Shown one piece after another: positions 45,045 to 54,641 of a stretch of DNA of 64,000 nt. Position numbers and translations under genes: made by a program. The stretch comes from Parcubacteria bacterium C7867-008 (GTDB taxonomy: Bacteria > Patescibacteriota > Minisyncoccia > Phycocordibacterales > Phycocordibacteraceae), in contig LFCR01000002.1 of assembly GCA_001189215.1 (NCBI GenBank), positions 74,677-138,676 on the forward strand. The letters run 5' to 3'. Numbering within the stretch: position 1 is the first letter of the stretch; every line of letters begins with the position of its first letter. The notes below the pieces were generated by a model. It worked only from the letters and a program-made list of their open reading frames with translations, had not been told where the DNA came from and did not search any database.

Positions 45045-45326
45045 CTATTTTGGTACTAGCGACGTGCTGACTTCGCGGGGCGTAGAGGTTGTCGCCTTCC
45101 CCGAGATCGTCGGCTCATTCCAGGATGTCTGGCTTGGCTGCAGGCACTTGCTGTAGTAAACGCTGTGTCCTCCGTCACCGAAGCGGTAAACTTTGCAGCC
45201 GTCATGCTCGAACAGCAGGCTTACGGAAATTTGCGTGTTGCTGGATTGCTCTTTGACCAACCCCGGCTTGTCACAACCTGACAGAGCCAAAATACAGGGC
45301 AAGCAGGCGAGAAGAAGCTTTTTCAC
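45045..45326 (-). CDS. small lipoprotein (lipobox LALSGC), hypothetical
   Basis: MKKLLLACLPCILALSGC signal peptide with lipobox; region moderately GC-enriched. Confidence 0.45.
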   Translation of the reverse strand: MKKLLLACLPCILALSGCDKPGLVKEQSSNTQISVSLLFEHDGCKVYRFGDGGHSVYYSKCLQPSQTSWNEPTISGKATTSTPREVSTSLVPK

Positions 45327-45406
45327 GTCTATGTCTCCAGAATTAGTTGAAACGTTAAGGGGCTATTCATAATTAGAATAGCACAATAGATAAATAAGTC
45401 AAATAT

Positions 45407-45482
45407 TGGTCCGCCTACCAGGGCTCGAACCTGGGACCGTCTCCTTAAAAGGGAGCTGCTCTACCAACTGAGCTATAGGCGG
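45407..45482 (-). tRNA. tRNA-Lys (anticodon TTT), CCA encoded
   Basis: Acceptor CCGCCTA/TAGGCGG, D-arm GCTC-AGTTGGTA-GAGC, anticodon loop CTTTTAA, T-arm CCAGG-TTCGAGC-CCTGG. Confidence 0.8.
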
Positions 45483-45512
45483 ATGATTGCACACGCACGC
45501 TTTGTTATACCG

Positions 45513-46475
45513 TTAATACTGATATAGGTCTACCGTCTTTCCGTTCTGATCGAGTAGCTTTATGGCTTCTTTTGAACTCTTCCACAACTCTCCGTATTTA
45601 CGAGACTCGTCGTGGTTCTTGGTGAGTGATCCACGGCCAAGATAGATGCGCCAAGAGTTGCCCCAGAAGCGCTGATCCCCTCGATGAGTATTTAGACAGC
45701 CTTGATAGTTGAGATACGTGTCGATAAATCGATAACATGAGGATGAAAGCCGCTTACCACCTTCGTTCGGAACACTGCAACGATCTACGTTCGAGATAAA
45801 CTCCTCACATCCACCATCTTTATACTCATTCCCCGAGTAAAACTGTTCAAAATCATCTTGTGGATCAGGACAGCTCTGAGAAAGGGAAGGTGAGAATGAT
45901 TTGTTCTGAGTGTAGTATCCAACGCACTGATTCTCTCGGAAAGAAACACCAACAGGTGATTCACCAGTGACAATGATCGCTGAATCATTTGGATGGAGAA
46001 TAATTGGTGCAGTTGCATTGCTTGTTTTTGAAAGCAGCTCCTGTCCAAATGGAATAGTTGCGGTACGGTCATTTGATACCGCAACAAGCTGCCACCCTGA
46101 GATATTTATATTTGGCTCTGCATTGTACCCAGCTTTAATGGTTATATATTCATCATCAGGATCTGTTGCACCCACGTTGCTACCCCAGCTTATGGTCACC
46201 ATTCCTTTATACGGAGATGCTTCGCCAAAAAGTTTTGCATCACGCACATCCTTCTTTAAATTGAAGATTGAGTTCTGAATACTAAAAAGGTCGGAACGCG
46301 CACCTGCGGTATTGAAATCATTTATATCCCCGTATCCTTCCTGCACGGTTCCAACCGTAGTGATGGGTGTTATATATGGTCCTGCAAAGGAGATAGGGTG
46401 ATTGGGACCACCACTAGCGATCCAAACCACAAAGAAGAAGAGGAAGAATCCAAGAATAAATGCTCCGTCGCTCAT
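45513..46475 (-). CDS. N-terminally anchored hypothetical exported protein
   Basis: TM FILGFFLFFFVVWIASGG then Cys-containing extracellular domain. Confidence 0.45.
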   Translation of the reverse strand: MSDGAFILGFFLFFFVVWIASGGPNHPISFAGPYITPITTVGTVQEGYGDINDFNTAGARSDLFSIQNSIFNLKKDVRDAKLFGEASPYKGMVTISWGSNVGATDPDDEYITIKAGYNAEPNINISGWQLVAVSNDRTATIPFGQELLSKTSNATAPIILHPNDSAIIVTGESPVGVSFRENQCVGYYTQNKSFSPSLSQSCPDPQDDFEQFYSGNEYKDGGCEEFISNVDRCSVPNEGGKRLSSSCYRFIDTYLNYQGCLNTHRGDQRFWGNSWRIYLGRGSLTKNHDESRKYGELWKSSKEAIKLLDQNGKTVDLYQY

Positions 46476-46479
46476 GCGC

Positions 46480-47742
46480 CTATGATAGCAGGAGCTTCTC
46501 GAGTTCTTCTGCCACTACTTGTGCATCACTCCATGGTGTTTTCTTGCCATTTGCCTCCATGATGTATGGATCAGTTCCTTTGCCAGTGACTAGTACAGCA
46601 TCACCACCGCGTGCACGAGATAGTGCTTCGTGGATAGCTTCACGACGATCCATGATGATAGTTGGACTGCGCTTCATGCCCGCTGCCATAGCATCCATGA
46701 TGGCCTGAGGATCCTCATCATATGGGTCTTCATTGGCAAGAATCACTTCATCACAGTACTCATCTGCAATACGCCCCATCTCTGGACGTTTCCACGTATC
46801 GCGACCGCCACCCGTATTTCCAAGTACGCACACTTTCCGACGTTCAGGATATGCCTGATACAGCGCTAACAAAGAATCAGGAGTATGTGCGTAATCAACA
46901 ACGGCAAGGAAGTCCTGTCCTCGTTCAATACGTTCTGCACGTCCCGCGATACGTCCGAGATTTCCGAGTGCTTTTGCACTCACCGGAACCGGCACACCAA
47001 CAAATGCAGCAGCTTTAATAGCTGCGAGTGCGTTACGTGCACTAAATGCACCAGGGTGGGGAAGAGATACGTGTGTGTTATCAAACTCAAAGCTTGTGGA
47101 TTGATCCGTTAAGACAAGATTCTCTGCGTCACTTAATGCAAAGGCAATGGAGCGTTCAACCTGAAGTTTCAAGAACCTGCGACCATATTCACCTTCGCTA
47201 TTTGCAATGATTGCTCGCGGTCTCTTTGAAGATCGTGCGAGTGCCGTTCCGAGTCTGAACTTTGCCTGGAAATATTTCTCCATGCTGCCATGAGACTCGA
47301 TGTGCTCCTTTTCAAGATTGGTGAACACAAGCGCGTCGAGAGATAGAAACAAATGACGATACTGCAATGCAGATTCGCTGGTGAGTTCAATCACTGCATG
47401 AGTGGCGCCATCACGTACTGCTTCAGCGAGAAGTTTCTGAATGAATCCACGACCAGGAAGAGTCATCTTGAATTTGTTTGGCCGAGTTGTTTTACCGGTC
47501 TTGAAATGAATCGTACTTGATACCGCTACGGTATACCCAGCCTCTTCAAGAATGGCAGAAAGCATCTCTGTTACAGAAGACTTTCCTTTAGTTCCTGTAA
47601 CACCAATCACCACAAGTTTCTTTGCAGGGAATCCATATCGAATCGCACTGCATAGAGACCAGCCCACGTGATAGGGAATAAGAAGTGCTCGATATAACGA
47701 GCGTGGAAGTATGCGTTCTACCAATCGTTTAAGTGCTCCCAT
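46480..47742 (-). CDS. murE: Mur ligase (MurE-like UDP-MurNAc-tripeptide synthetase)
   Basis: Start set at Met 47742 (1 nt after ruvA stop); P-loop VIGVTGTKGKSS, and DYAHTPDSL typical of MurE. Confidence 0.7.
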   Translation of the reverse strand: MGALKRLVERILPRSLYRALLIPYHVGWSLCSAIRYGFPAKKLVVIGVTGTKGKSSVTEMLSAILEEAGYTVAVSSTIHFKTGKTTRPNKFKMTLPGRGFIQKLLAEAVRDGATHAVIELTSESALQYRHLFLSLDALVFTNLEKEHIESHGSMEKYFQAKFRLGTALARSSKRPRAIIANSEGEYGRRFLKLQVERSIAFALSDAENLVLTDQSTSFEFDNTHVSLPHPGAFSARNALAAIKAAAFVGVPVPVSAKALGNLGRIAGRAERIERGQDFLAVVDYAHTPDSLLALYQAYPERRKVCVLGNTGGGRDTWKRPEMGRIADEYCDEVILANEDPYDEDPQAIMDAMAAGMKRSPTIIMDRREAIHEALSRARGGDAVLVTGKGTDPYIMEANGKKTPWSDAQVVAEELEKLLLS

Positions 47743-47743
47743 A

Positions 47744-48298
47744 TCAACGTGACTTACCAGCAAGTGCAGCCTTGAGGCGCGCATCACGACCCGTAATATG
47801 CATTGGTACATTTCCAACCGCAACACGTGCCTCACGATCCGTGTACCCAAGCGCGACGAGTGTATCAAATACTTCTGAATCAGCATCGTCATGCTTTGCA
47901 TCGGTTGCGGTCACTTTCTCTGAAAGTTCAACTACCAGTTTCTCTGCAGCCTTCTTCCCAAGCCCCACCACACGAGTGAGGTATGAAACGTCACGTGTAG
48001 CAATTGCTGTTTCAAGTGATTCACGAGATGCACGAGAGAATATGGAGAGAGCGGTCTTAGGACCCACTCCAGAAACCGTTAGTAGCTGTTCGAAGAAGTG
48101 ACGGTCTTCTTCCGTAGAGAACCCATATAATTCCACACCGTCCTGCTTAAATGCCATATAGGTCTTTAGACGAACCTGATCTCCAGGGGCGAGCATGTCA
48201 TTGGCCGATAGGTGAACAAAGATACCGAAACCAGCCACCTCCACAATGGCCCCTCCTGGTTCGTTTCCTATAACCACTCCACTGAGCTCGCGAATCAT
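47744..48298 (-). CDS. ruvA: Holliday junction DNA helicase subunit RuvA
   Basis: MIRELSGVVIGNEPGGAIVEVAGFGIFVHLS OB-fold start, and HhH LLTVSGVGPKTALSI. Confidence 0.85.
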   Translation of the reverse strand: MIRELSGVVIGNEPGGAIVEVAGFGIFVHLSANDMLAPGDQVRLKTYMAFKQDGVELYGFSTEEDRHFFEQLLTVSGVGPKTALSIFSRASRESLETAIATRDVSYLTRVVGLGKKAAEKLVVELSEKVTATDAKHDDADSEVFDTLVALGYTDREARVAVGNVPMHITGRDARLKAALAGKSR

Positions 48299-48354
48299 AT
48301 AAGGTATCGTACCATTTGCGTACCGAGACGATATAGCGTACTATCTCCTCACCT

Positions 48355-48624
48355 ATGGCAATCACCGCAAACGCAAAGAAGGCACACCGCGCGTCCCTTA
48401 AGAAGCGCGTATTCAACGTACGTCGCAAGCGCGTCCTTACCAGCACCACTAAGGAAGCTCGTAAGCAGATCGCTCTTAACACTGCTGATGTTGCTACTTC
48501 ACTTTCTGAGGCATACAAGGCTATCGATAAAGCAGCAAAGCGCGGCATCATCAAGAAGAACACCGCGTCTCGCAAGAAGTCTCGTCTTGCACTAGCTCTT
48601 AAGCGCGCAACCGTAAAGGCATAA
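48355..48624 (+). CDS. rpsT: 30S ribosomal protein S20
   Basis: MAITANAKKAHRASLKKRVFNVRRKRVL... Confidence 0.85.
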   Translation: MAITANAKKAHRASLKKRVFNVRRKRVLTSTTKEARKQIALNTADVATSLSEAYKAIDKAAKRGIIKKNTASRKKSRLALALKRATVKA

Positions 48625-48627
48625 GCC

Positions 48628-48670
48628 AAAAGAAAACAGCCCGGGGCAATGCCCCGGGCTGTTTTCTTTT
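48628..48670. terminator. bidirectional terminator (AAAAGAAAACAGCCCGGGG-CAAT-GCCCCGGGCTGTTTTCTTTT)
   Basis: Long perfect stem with A/T flanks. Confidence 0.85.
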
Positions 48671-48672
48671 GG

Positions 48673-50730
48673 CTATCGCTCAAGTCCGCCCCATTCAACC
48701 AAGGTGAATCCAGAACGTGCGAACGGTTTGAATGATTGTGGTTCGGGAAGAGAGGATGGTTTCTCCGAAAGGGGACTCCAGTCTAGGAACACACGCAGTG
48801 TGCTCTGTGGACGAGGAGATACCGTCATAGGAATGAATCGATTCATTTGTTCGGTAGTGAAGAAGGAAAGGCGATAGAACGGACTCTTTGTTTCAAGAAG
48901 CTTGGGGACCCAGAATGAACGCATATCATCCGATTCTTTTGCAGTGAGTCCAATCTTATTGAGTTCAGTACTCATAACCGTATCCAACTCATCACGAGTG
49001 ACCACAAACCCTTTCTTTTCGATTGGATAGGTTCCGTTTGCATGACCAGACCAGTAGATATATGGGTATGTCTTTGTCTTGCAGGCATCTTTTGCATACT
49101 CAGAACCAATCCTGTTGGTGTCTAGCGCAGCACAATCCGTGTACTCAGACTGAAGGTCTGTGAGTGAGCCATCTGGATGTGCGAGAACATTCCAACCGTT
49201 GTGATAGCTCGGAATATCAACATGGAATGAAGGAAGGCGAGGGAAGGAGAGTGTTACCTTGGTTGGGGTCTCTGGGTAGAGATACACCACCGGCTTACCG
49301 CAACCACCCCCACCAAGATACGTATGCTCAGCAATTCCCACCCATCGTCCCCATGGATCCTTGAAGAACATGATTGGATTCTGTTGAGCATACTTTTCGT
49401 ATTCAGTTGGCACGCGTATTGGGTCAGCAATTACGCGCGTGCCCTCAGGAGTAAACGTATCCGAGACATACGAATACGCATCATAGGTTTGCTTCAAATA
49501 GTGTTCAGTTTGGATAAGAGAAGTTCCTTTGCCTGGAGCAAACGTATATAGCTCTGCACCTTTCCAACTTCTACCCGTATCTACAAGATCAGACTCAAGA
49601 ATGTTTTTCACAGTGTAGCTCCACGAACTATTTGTCGTACCACATCCAAGAGGGAAGATATTTCCATAGGTTGCGTACATCGAAGGGACACTGTTGCCAG
49701 GTGAGACTTCTAGCTCACTGTATGAATCTTGATATCCGTCAGGTGTGGCAGGTTTGGTTGCAGTAGGGAGTAAATAGCTCTCGAAGCCTTTGAAACTAAG
49801 ATGGTAGGCGAATGAATTGCCGGCACTATCTTGAGCCACAAGAATCGTCGACTCACCGATTGCGTCTCGTAAAGTCTTTGTGTATGTCGCGAAGTCTATG
49901 CCAACCGGAGGTATTTCAGACATATTGAACTCTTCATCGGGAACAATATCCTCAACATCAATCTTTAGTGTATACAGCGAGAGCCCAGAAACTAATTCAG
50001 ATTGAATCTGTCTGCCGAACGATGCAGTGGTGGTTGAGAACTGCCGAACAAGACTAAGGGTGAAGACATCATTGATTGGAATAATTGCTGGGAAGTGCAC
50101 CGGAAGTGCATCAACACCGGTCACTACCTTTGGATTAACAAAACCAGGATTCGGGACCAGACCGAGTTTATCGTCATGGAGAACAAAGGTCTTATAGTCC
50201 TTCGTTGCAAATGTGTAGTAGGAAGGCAATTCAGGACCATCTGAGGGATACTCTGCGATCACAAGATGATACCCAGCATATTTCCCTGAAGGGATAATTC
50301 CATCTTCGAAGTATGAAATATATTCGCCAAGATGTGACGGATATTCAGGATCAACGTATGTTTCCATGAAAATGCCGTATCGGTCTGAGCTAACAGGAAA
50401 CGGTTCTTTTGCGAGGAGTGCCTGCACTCGAACGAGTTCTGTCGCTGCTATTGCAGCATCATATGGGATGTAGTTCTCATCACCCGTAGAAATCTCTCTA
50501 GGAGGACGGACACCTGTTGGAACTTCTATAGGTACGCTAACTATAGGAGAAGAACCTCGCATCTGGACCGCAACGTATGCGCCAATGCCAAGCACGATTA
50601 GTACTACAGCGATTGCCACCACACGAATAACCAAAACACGTTTGCTAAGAGGAGGTGTCTGAATTTCAGGAGAAACAGGCTGTTCGATCGGTTCAAGTGT
50701 TGGTTCCATATCACGACTATAGCACCGCAT
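48673..50730 (-). CDS. large N-terminally anchored hypothetical exported protein (685 aa)
   Basis: TM VLVIRVVAIAVVLIVLGIGAYVAV; Trp/Tyr-rich; no family recognised. Confidence 0.5.
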   Translation of the reverse strand: MRCYSRDMEPTLEPIEQPVSPEIQTPPLSKRVLVIRVVAIAVVLIVLGIGAYVAVQMRGSSPIVSVPIEVPTGVRPPREISTGDENYIPYDAAIAATELVRVQALLAKEPFPVSSDRYGIFMETYVDPEYPSHLGEYISYFEDGIIPSGKYAGYHLVIAEYPSDGPELPSYYTFATKDYKTFVLHDDKLGLVPNPGFVNPKVVTGVDALPVHFPAIIPINDVFTLSLVRQFSTTTASFGRQIQSELVSGLSLYTLKIDVEDIVPDEEFNMSEIPPVGIDFATYTKTLRDAIGESTILVAQDSAGNSFAYHLSFKGFESYLLPTATKPATPDGYQDSYSELEVSPGNSVPSMYATYGNIFPLGCGTTNSSWSYTVKNILESDLVDTGRSWKGAELYTFAPGKGTSLIQTEHYLKQTYDAYSYVSDTFTPEGTRVIADPIRVPTEYEKYAQQNPIMFFKDPWGRWVGIAEHTYLGGGGCGKPVVYLYPETPTKVTLSFPRLPSFHVDIPSYHNGWNVLAHPDGSLTDLQSEYTDCAALDTNRIGSEYAKDACKTKTYPYIYWSGHANGTYPIEKKGFVVTRDELDTVMSTELNKIGLTAKESDDMRSFWVPKLLETKSPFYRLSFFTTEQMNRFIPMTVSPRPQSTLRVFLDWSPLSEKPSSLPEPQSFKPFARSGFTLVEWGGLER

Positions 50731-50770
50731 ATGTACGGTTTACCCTACGTTCACTATGGGGTGTGTGATT

Positions 50771-50845
50771 TGGTGCTCCCGGCAGGAATCGAACCTACAT
50801 CGTATCCTCCGCAAGGATATGTCCTATCCATTGAACGACGGGAGC
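50771..50845 (-). tRNA. tRNA-Arg (anticodon read as GCG; could be misread ACG/CCG), CCA encoded
   Basis: Acceptor GCTCCCG/CGGGAGC, anticodon stem TATCC/GGATA with loop TTGCGGA, T-arm GTAGG-TTCGATT-CCTGC. Confidence 0.6.
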
Positions 50846-50913
50846 AGTGAGAGACAAACAAAAAATGTTCGTCCCGTGCTGACTGTATCGTCTGAGAGCC
50901 CTATTTGCAAGAA

Positions 50914-51429
50914 TTAATGACGGAGCAGGTGCGTGATGCGATCGATCAATGAGTTTTCATGCATGCCCTCTGGAAGATGTTGTGAGACATACTCATATAC
51001 CTCAAGAGGATCATGATCGATGATCGGTATATAGATGTGTGGCGCAAAGAAGTGATTCGTCTTTATGGAGAGAGCAGGAGGGAGTGCATTGTCTATGTAT
51101 TCAAGTACTGAGAAGTCCACCATGTCCTTATAGAGGTACAAACTATTGTCTATACCCACGCCAGTATCATAAATAGCGAAGCGGTGGGTGCGTGGGTGCT
51201 TCGCTGCAGATAGACCAAGTGCTCCTGCTGCTGCAATAACAAGCAGACCGAGTAAGAGGTTGTTAAAGAGAATGCAGGCAACTGCTGCAGCAATTGCAAT
51301 GATACCGAGTGCCCAGTACCAATCTGCTCCTTTCTCTTCGAACACGTATTCCATTCCAAACCACTCGAATAGAGGCGTGTGAGGCATGTTCGTATGATAG
51401 CACTGCGCGCGCTCTTGAAGCGCGCGCAT
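50914..51429 (-). CDS. hypothetical membrane protein
   Basis: Two TM helices (WYWALGIIAIAAAVACILFNNLLLGLLVIAAAGALGL). Confidence 0.4.
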   Translation of the reverse strand: MRALQERAQCYHTNMPHTPLFEWFGMEYVFEEKGADWYWALGIIAIAAAVACILFNNLLLGLLVIAAAGALGLSAAKHPRTHRFAIYDTGVGIDNSLYLYKDMVDFSVLEYIDNALPPALSIKTNHFFAPHIYIPIIDHDPLEVYEYVSQHLPEGMHENSLIDRITHLLRH

Positions 51430-51452
51430 GTGTATGTAGCACTATGTTTGTG

Positions 51453-51539
51453 CGGAGGGGGAGAGATTCGAACTCTCGGTCCCCGTAAAGAGACTCCTGT
51501 TTTCAAGACAGGTGCAATCGACCACTCTGCCACCCCTCC
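51453..51539 (-). tRNA. tRNA-Ser (anticodon TGA), long variable arm, no full CCA
   Basis: Acceptor GGAGGGG/CCCCTCC, anticodon stem CCTGT/ACAGG with loop CTTGAAA, extra arm, T-arm GAGAG-TTCGAAT-CTCTC. Confidence 0.75.
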
Positions 51540-51646
51540 GTATCTTCCACGTATGAACGTGGTACGCGCATACTACCCTCATCTGTGTTCTAAATCCAGT
51601 ACTTGAGTGCGTGGTGGAGAACAGGTGTGTTTGCTAGGATACCTAT

Positions 51647-52405
51647 ATGAAATATCTCGGCATAGATTACGGCACCAAGAAAGTGGGTCTGGCCCTCTCA
51701 GACGATGGGGGTTCTATGGGATTTCCACACAGTGTTATGCCCAATGACACACGCCTGTTCGACGTGATTGTACATCTAATTGCCAAGGAAAAGGTTGAAG
51801 CAGTGGTGATGGGGGAGTCCCGAGATTTCTCTGGAGCAGAGAATCCCGTAGCGCAGGAGGCACGTGCATTTGCTACGCGTCTTGTTGAAGCAGGTACCCC
51901 CGTGCACTTCGAGCCTGAGATGCTAACCACCCAAGAAGCCCGTAGAGATTTTGAAGGAGTACGTACGAACGGACATTCAATTGTTGATTCCTCAGCAGCA
52001 GCACTTATCCTCACAAGTTTTCTTTCCCGCACACCTGCACCCACACTTGTTGAAGAAGTTCCTACTAGCAAGCCACAGATTTCAATAGATGATTTTCTCA
52101 AGATTGAAGTGAAGATGGGTGTGGTCCGTACGGCTGAACGAGTTGAGGACACAGACAAACTTCTTCGTCTCACCGTGGATTTCAATGAACCTGCTGGACC
52201 CCGTCAGATTGTTTCGGGTATCGCTATGTATGTTGAGACACCAGAATCATTGGTTGGTAGACAACTCGCATTTGTTACAAACTTGAAGCCACGCACCATT
52301 AAAGGTCTAGAGTCTAACGGTATGCTCTTTGCTGTTGGAGAAGGGGATACGTTTGCGTTTGTAACCCCAGATCGTGAAGTACCGCCCGGTACTGCCGCAC
52401 ACTAA
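51647..52405 (+). CDS. RuvX/YqgF Holliday-junction-resolvase-like domain fused to C-terminal tRNA-binding (Myf/CsaA/EMAP-type) domain
   Basis: N-terminus MKYLGIDYGTKKVGLALSDD (YqgF); C-terminus KLLRLTVDFNEPAGPRQIVSGIAMYV...FVTNLKPRTIKGLESNGMLFAVGEG matches the tRNA-binding OB domain PF01588. Confidence 0.6.
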   Translation: MKYLGIDYGTKKVGLALSDDGGSMGFPHSVMPNDTRLFDVIVHLIAKEKVEAVVMGESRDFSGAENPVAQEARAFATRLVEAGTPVHFEPEMLTTQEARRDFEGVRTNGHSIVDSSAAALILTSFLSRTPAPTLVEEVPTSKPQISIDDFLKIEVKMGVVRTAERVEDTDKLLRLTVDFNEPAGPRQIVSGIAMYVETPESLVGRQLAFVTNLKPRTIKGLESNGMLFAVGEGDTFAFVTPDREVPPGTAAH

Positions 52406-52466
52406 TTCATATTTGTAGGTATAACGTTGTGCCAACTGTCCACTCGGCGCGCTATACTAGGCGGTA

Positions 52467-53552
52467 ATGAAGCATTCGCTTGCACACTTCGCACGTATTG
52501 AGTTCGCTCCTCCGGATTATCTTGCGCTACCCACTGCAGGGATGGATATATCAGCGAGTGGTATTAAGACGGTAATGCTTAAAGAGCGCCTCCATGGACT
52601 TGAGGTATCAGCGATATCTGAAGAACGTCTTCCTGCTGGAGTGATTCAGAACGGTGAGATTGCAGATCACGTCACCCTCACAAAAGCCTTGGCAGTAGTT
52701 GCCGCACGTCACGGTATACGCCGAGCAAATATCACGCTCCCAGAAGCGCGCGGGTATCTATTCGAAGCTGACGCAACAGGGAAAAGCAGAAAGTTCTGGC
52801 GCACCAGCGTTGAACAGCATCTTGATGAGTATGTACCGCTCCCTCCTGCTGAAGTGGCATTTGATGTTGCACCACTCACCGTGAAGGGTGATGAGGTGCA
52901 CGTGGTTGGTATTGGATACGCACGCCGTGTTGCAGATGCTGCGGTGCAAGTATTTGAAGATGCGGGCATCGAGGTGCGCGCACTTGAAAGTGAAACGTTT
53001 GCGCTTCCACGAGCGATCCTTCCACACGGAGACACAGAAACCGTAATGGTTATTGATATTGGTAAGACCACAACCAAACTTCTAGTGGTGTCTCACCGAC
53101 TTCCACGTTTTGCAACAACACTTGATGTGGGAGGACATGCTCTTACTCTCGCCGTACAGAAACACTTTGGGGTTACCGAGGAAGAAGCAAAGCGTGTGAA
53201 AGCAGAACAAGGTTTGGTGGCAGGTGCAGAGAATGCGGAGTACCAGGCAGCAATGCTTTCAACCGTATCGGTTATTCGCGAAGAGATCGTTCGGCGTCTT
53301 GATTACTGGCAGAGTAGGGCAGGACAGATTCCTGCGCATGAGCCGGTAACCCGCGCGATTCTAGTCGGAGGTAATGCAACGGTACGCGGTCTTCCAGAGT
53401 ATCTTGGTGCCTCACTCAAGATTCCGGTTGAACTTGGGGATATATTCAAGAACCTCGCATCACGTGACGAGTGGTTACCCCCAATTGATTACATGGAATC
53501 ACTAGCCTATGGCACTGCAGTAGGGCTCGCACTACGAGAACATGTCGACTGA
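52467..53552 (+). CDS. pilM: type IV pilus assembly protein PilM (actin-like ATPase)
   Basis: Actin-fold phosphate motifs (VIDIGKTTTKLLVV, ILVGGNATVRGLPEYL); followed by two single-TM genes. Confidence 0.65.
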   Translation: MKHSLAHFARIEFAPPDYLALPTAGMDISASGIKTVMLKERLHGLEVSAISEERLPAGVIQNGEIADHVTLTKALAVVAARHGIRRANITLPEARGYLFEADATGKSRKFWRTSVEQHLDEYVPLPPAEVAFDVAPLTVKGDEVHVVGIGYARRVADAAVQVFEDAGIEVRALESETFALPRAILPHGDTETVMVIDIGKTTTKLLVVSHRLPRFATTLDVGGHALTLAVQKHFGVTEEEAKRVKAEQGLVAGAENAEYQAAMLSTVSVIREEIVRRLDYWQSRAGQIPAHEPVTRAILVGGNATVRGLPEYLGASLKIPVELGDIFKNLASRDEWLPPIDYMESLAYGTAVGLALREHVD

Positions 53553-54102
53553 ACTCACTAATCTTCTTACGCGTTCACATGCAAAAGCGTTTAAGCGTGA
53601 TTATCTTCTGCGTGTCGCAGCATTTGCATTGTTCATGTTTATCGTACTTATTGTGATTCATGGTCTGCTACTGGTACCAAGCTACATGTATGCACATACA
53701 GAAACAGTGAGGCAGACAAAGCAGCTCGCAGGTCTCGATGCGAGCCTTCAGACGTCAGAAGAGAAGGAGGTTCGTGCGCGTCTATCAAGTCTTACCGATA
53801 ACGTAACGTATCTAAATCGCCTTGCTACCACTACGGCTGCGAGTGACGTGGTGCGCAGACTTCTTGAAGTTCCACGGGGAGGTATTCAACTCTCTGGTTT
53901 CACGTATGCACCTGCTGGTGCTAAAGATAGTGCACGTATGACACTTTCAGGTGTTGCTGCCTCAAGAGATACACTACGAGCATATGCATTAGCTCTTGGG
54001 CAACTTCCGTTTGTTACGAATGCTGATCTCCCAATCAGTGCCTATGCAAAGGAAGTTGAGATTCCATTCACCATCACCCTTACGGGAACTCTAAAGCCAT
54101 GA
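53542..54102 (+). CDS. pilN: PilN-like single-TM protein
   Basis: N-terminal TM then coiled region; overlaps pilM stop. Confidence 0.45.
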   Translation: MSTELTNLLTRSHAKAFKRDYLLRVAAFALFMFIVLIVIHGLLLVPSYMYAHTETVRQTKQLAGLDASLQTSEEKEVRARLSSLTDNVTYLNRLATTTAASDVVRRLLEVPRGGIQLSGFTYAPAGAKDSARMTLSGVAASRDTLRAYALALGQLPFVTNADLPISAYAKEVEIPFTITLTGTLKP

Positions 54103-54641
54103 AAAAGCCTCTAACACACCTCATCATAGCTGGCATACTCCTGCTCATTGCAGTAGGAGCGTACGGAGTCTGGTTCGTAATGGTTGATACTGAGAATGCT
54201 AAAGCTCGTGCACTTGCTACAGAAATTGAAACAAAGAGCCAAGATGCGTCACGCATCGCTGAGGCAAAAGCAGCTCTTGCTGCACTCGCTCTGAATGAGA
54301 CCGCTGTCTCCTCACACTTCATATCACCAAATGATGTGGTGCCGTTTCTCGGTAGCTTGGGCAGTACCGGTGCAGCACTTGGTTCTAAAGTGGATGTGGT
54401 GTCTGTGGGTGCAGACCCTGTTAGCTCAGGGCAGGGACATCTCACGCTCTCCATTCGTATTACCGGCAGCTTCGATGCCGTACTTCGTACCCTTGGAGCA
54501 TTTGAATACGCACCATACGATGTTTCGCTCTCAAACCTTTCTTTTGATAGAAGTGGAGAATCTGGTTGGTCCGCAGCGGTAACACTGAGGGTGGGTACCG
54601 GACCGGTAGCAGCAAAACCACCTGTAAAACCAGCATCATGA
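54099..54641 (+). CDS. pilO: PilO-like single-TM protein
   Basis: N-terminal TM plus coiled region; ATGA overlap with pilN. Confidence 0.45.
   Translation: MKKPLTHLIIAGILLLIAVGAYGVWFVMVDTENAKARALATEIETKSQDASRIAEAKAALAALALNETAVSSHFISPNDVVPFLGSLGSTGAALGSKVDVVSVGADPVSSGQGHLTLSIRITGSFDAVLRTLGAFEYAPYDVSLSNLSFDRSGESGWSAAVTLRVGTGPVAAKPPVKPAS

Noticed and set aside
51150-52185. ORFs 51150..51533(-), 51379..51606(+), 51667..52185(-)
   Set aside because: They overlap tRNA-Ser or lie antisense to the RuvX-fusion gene, and have no support.
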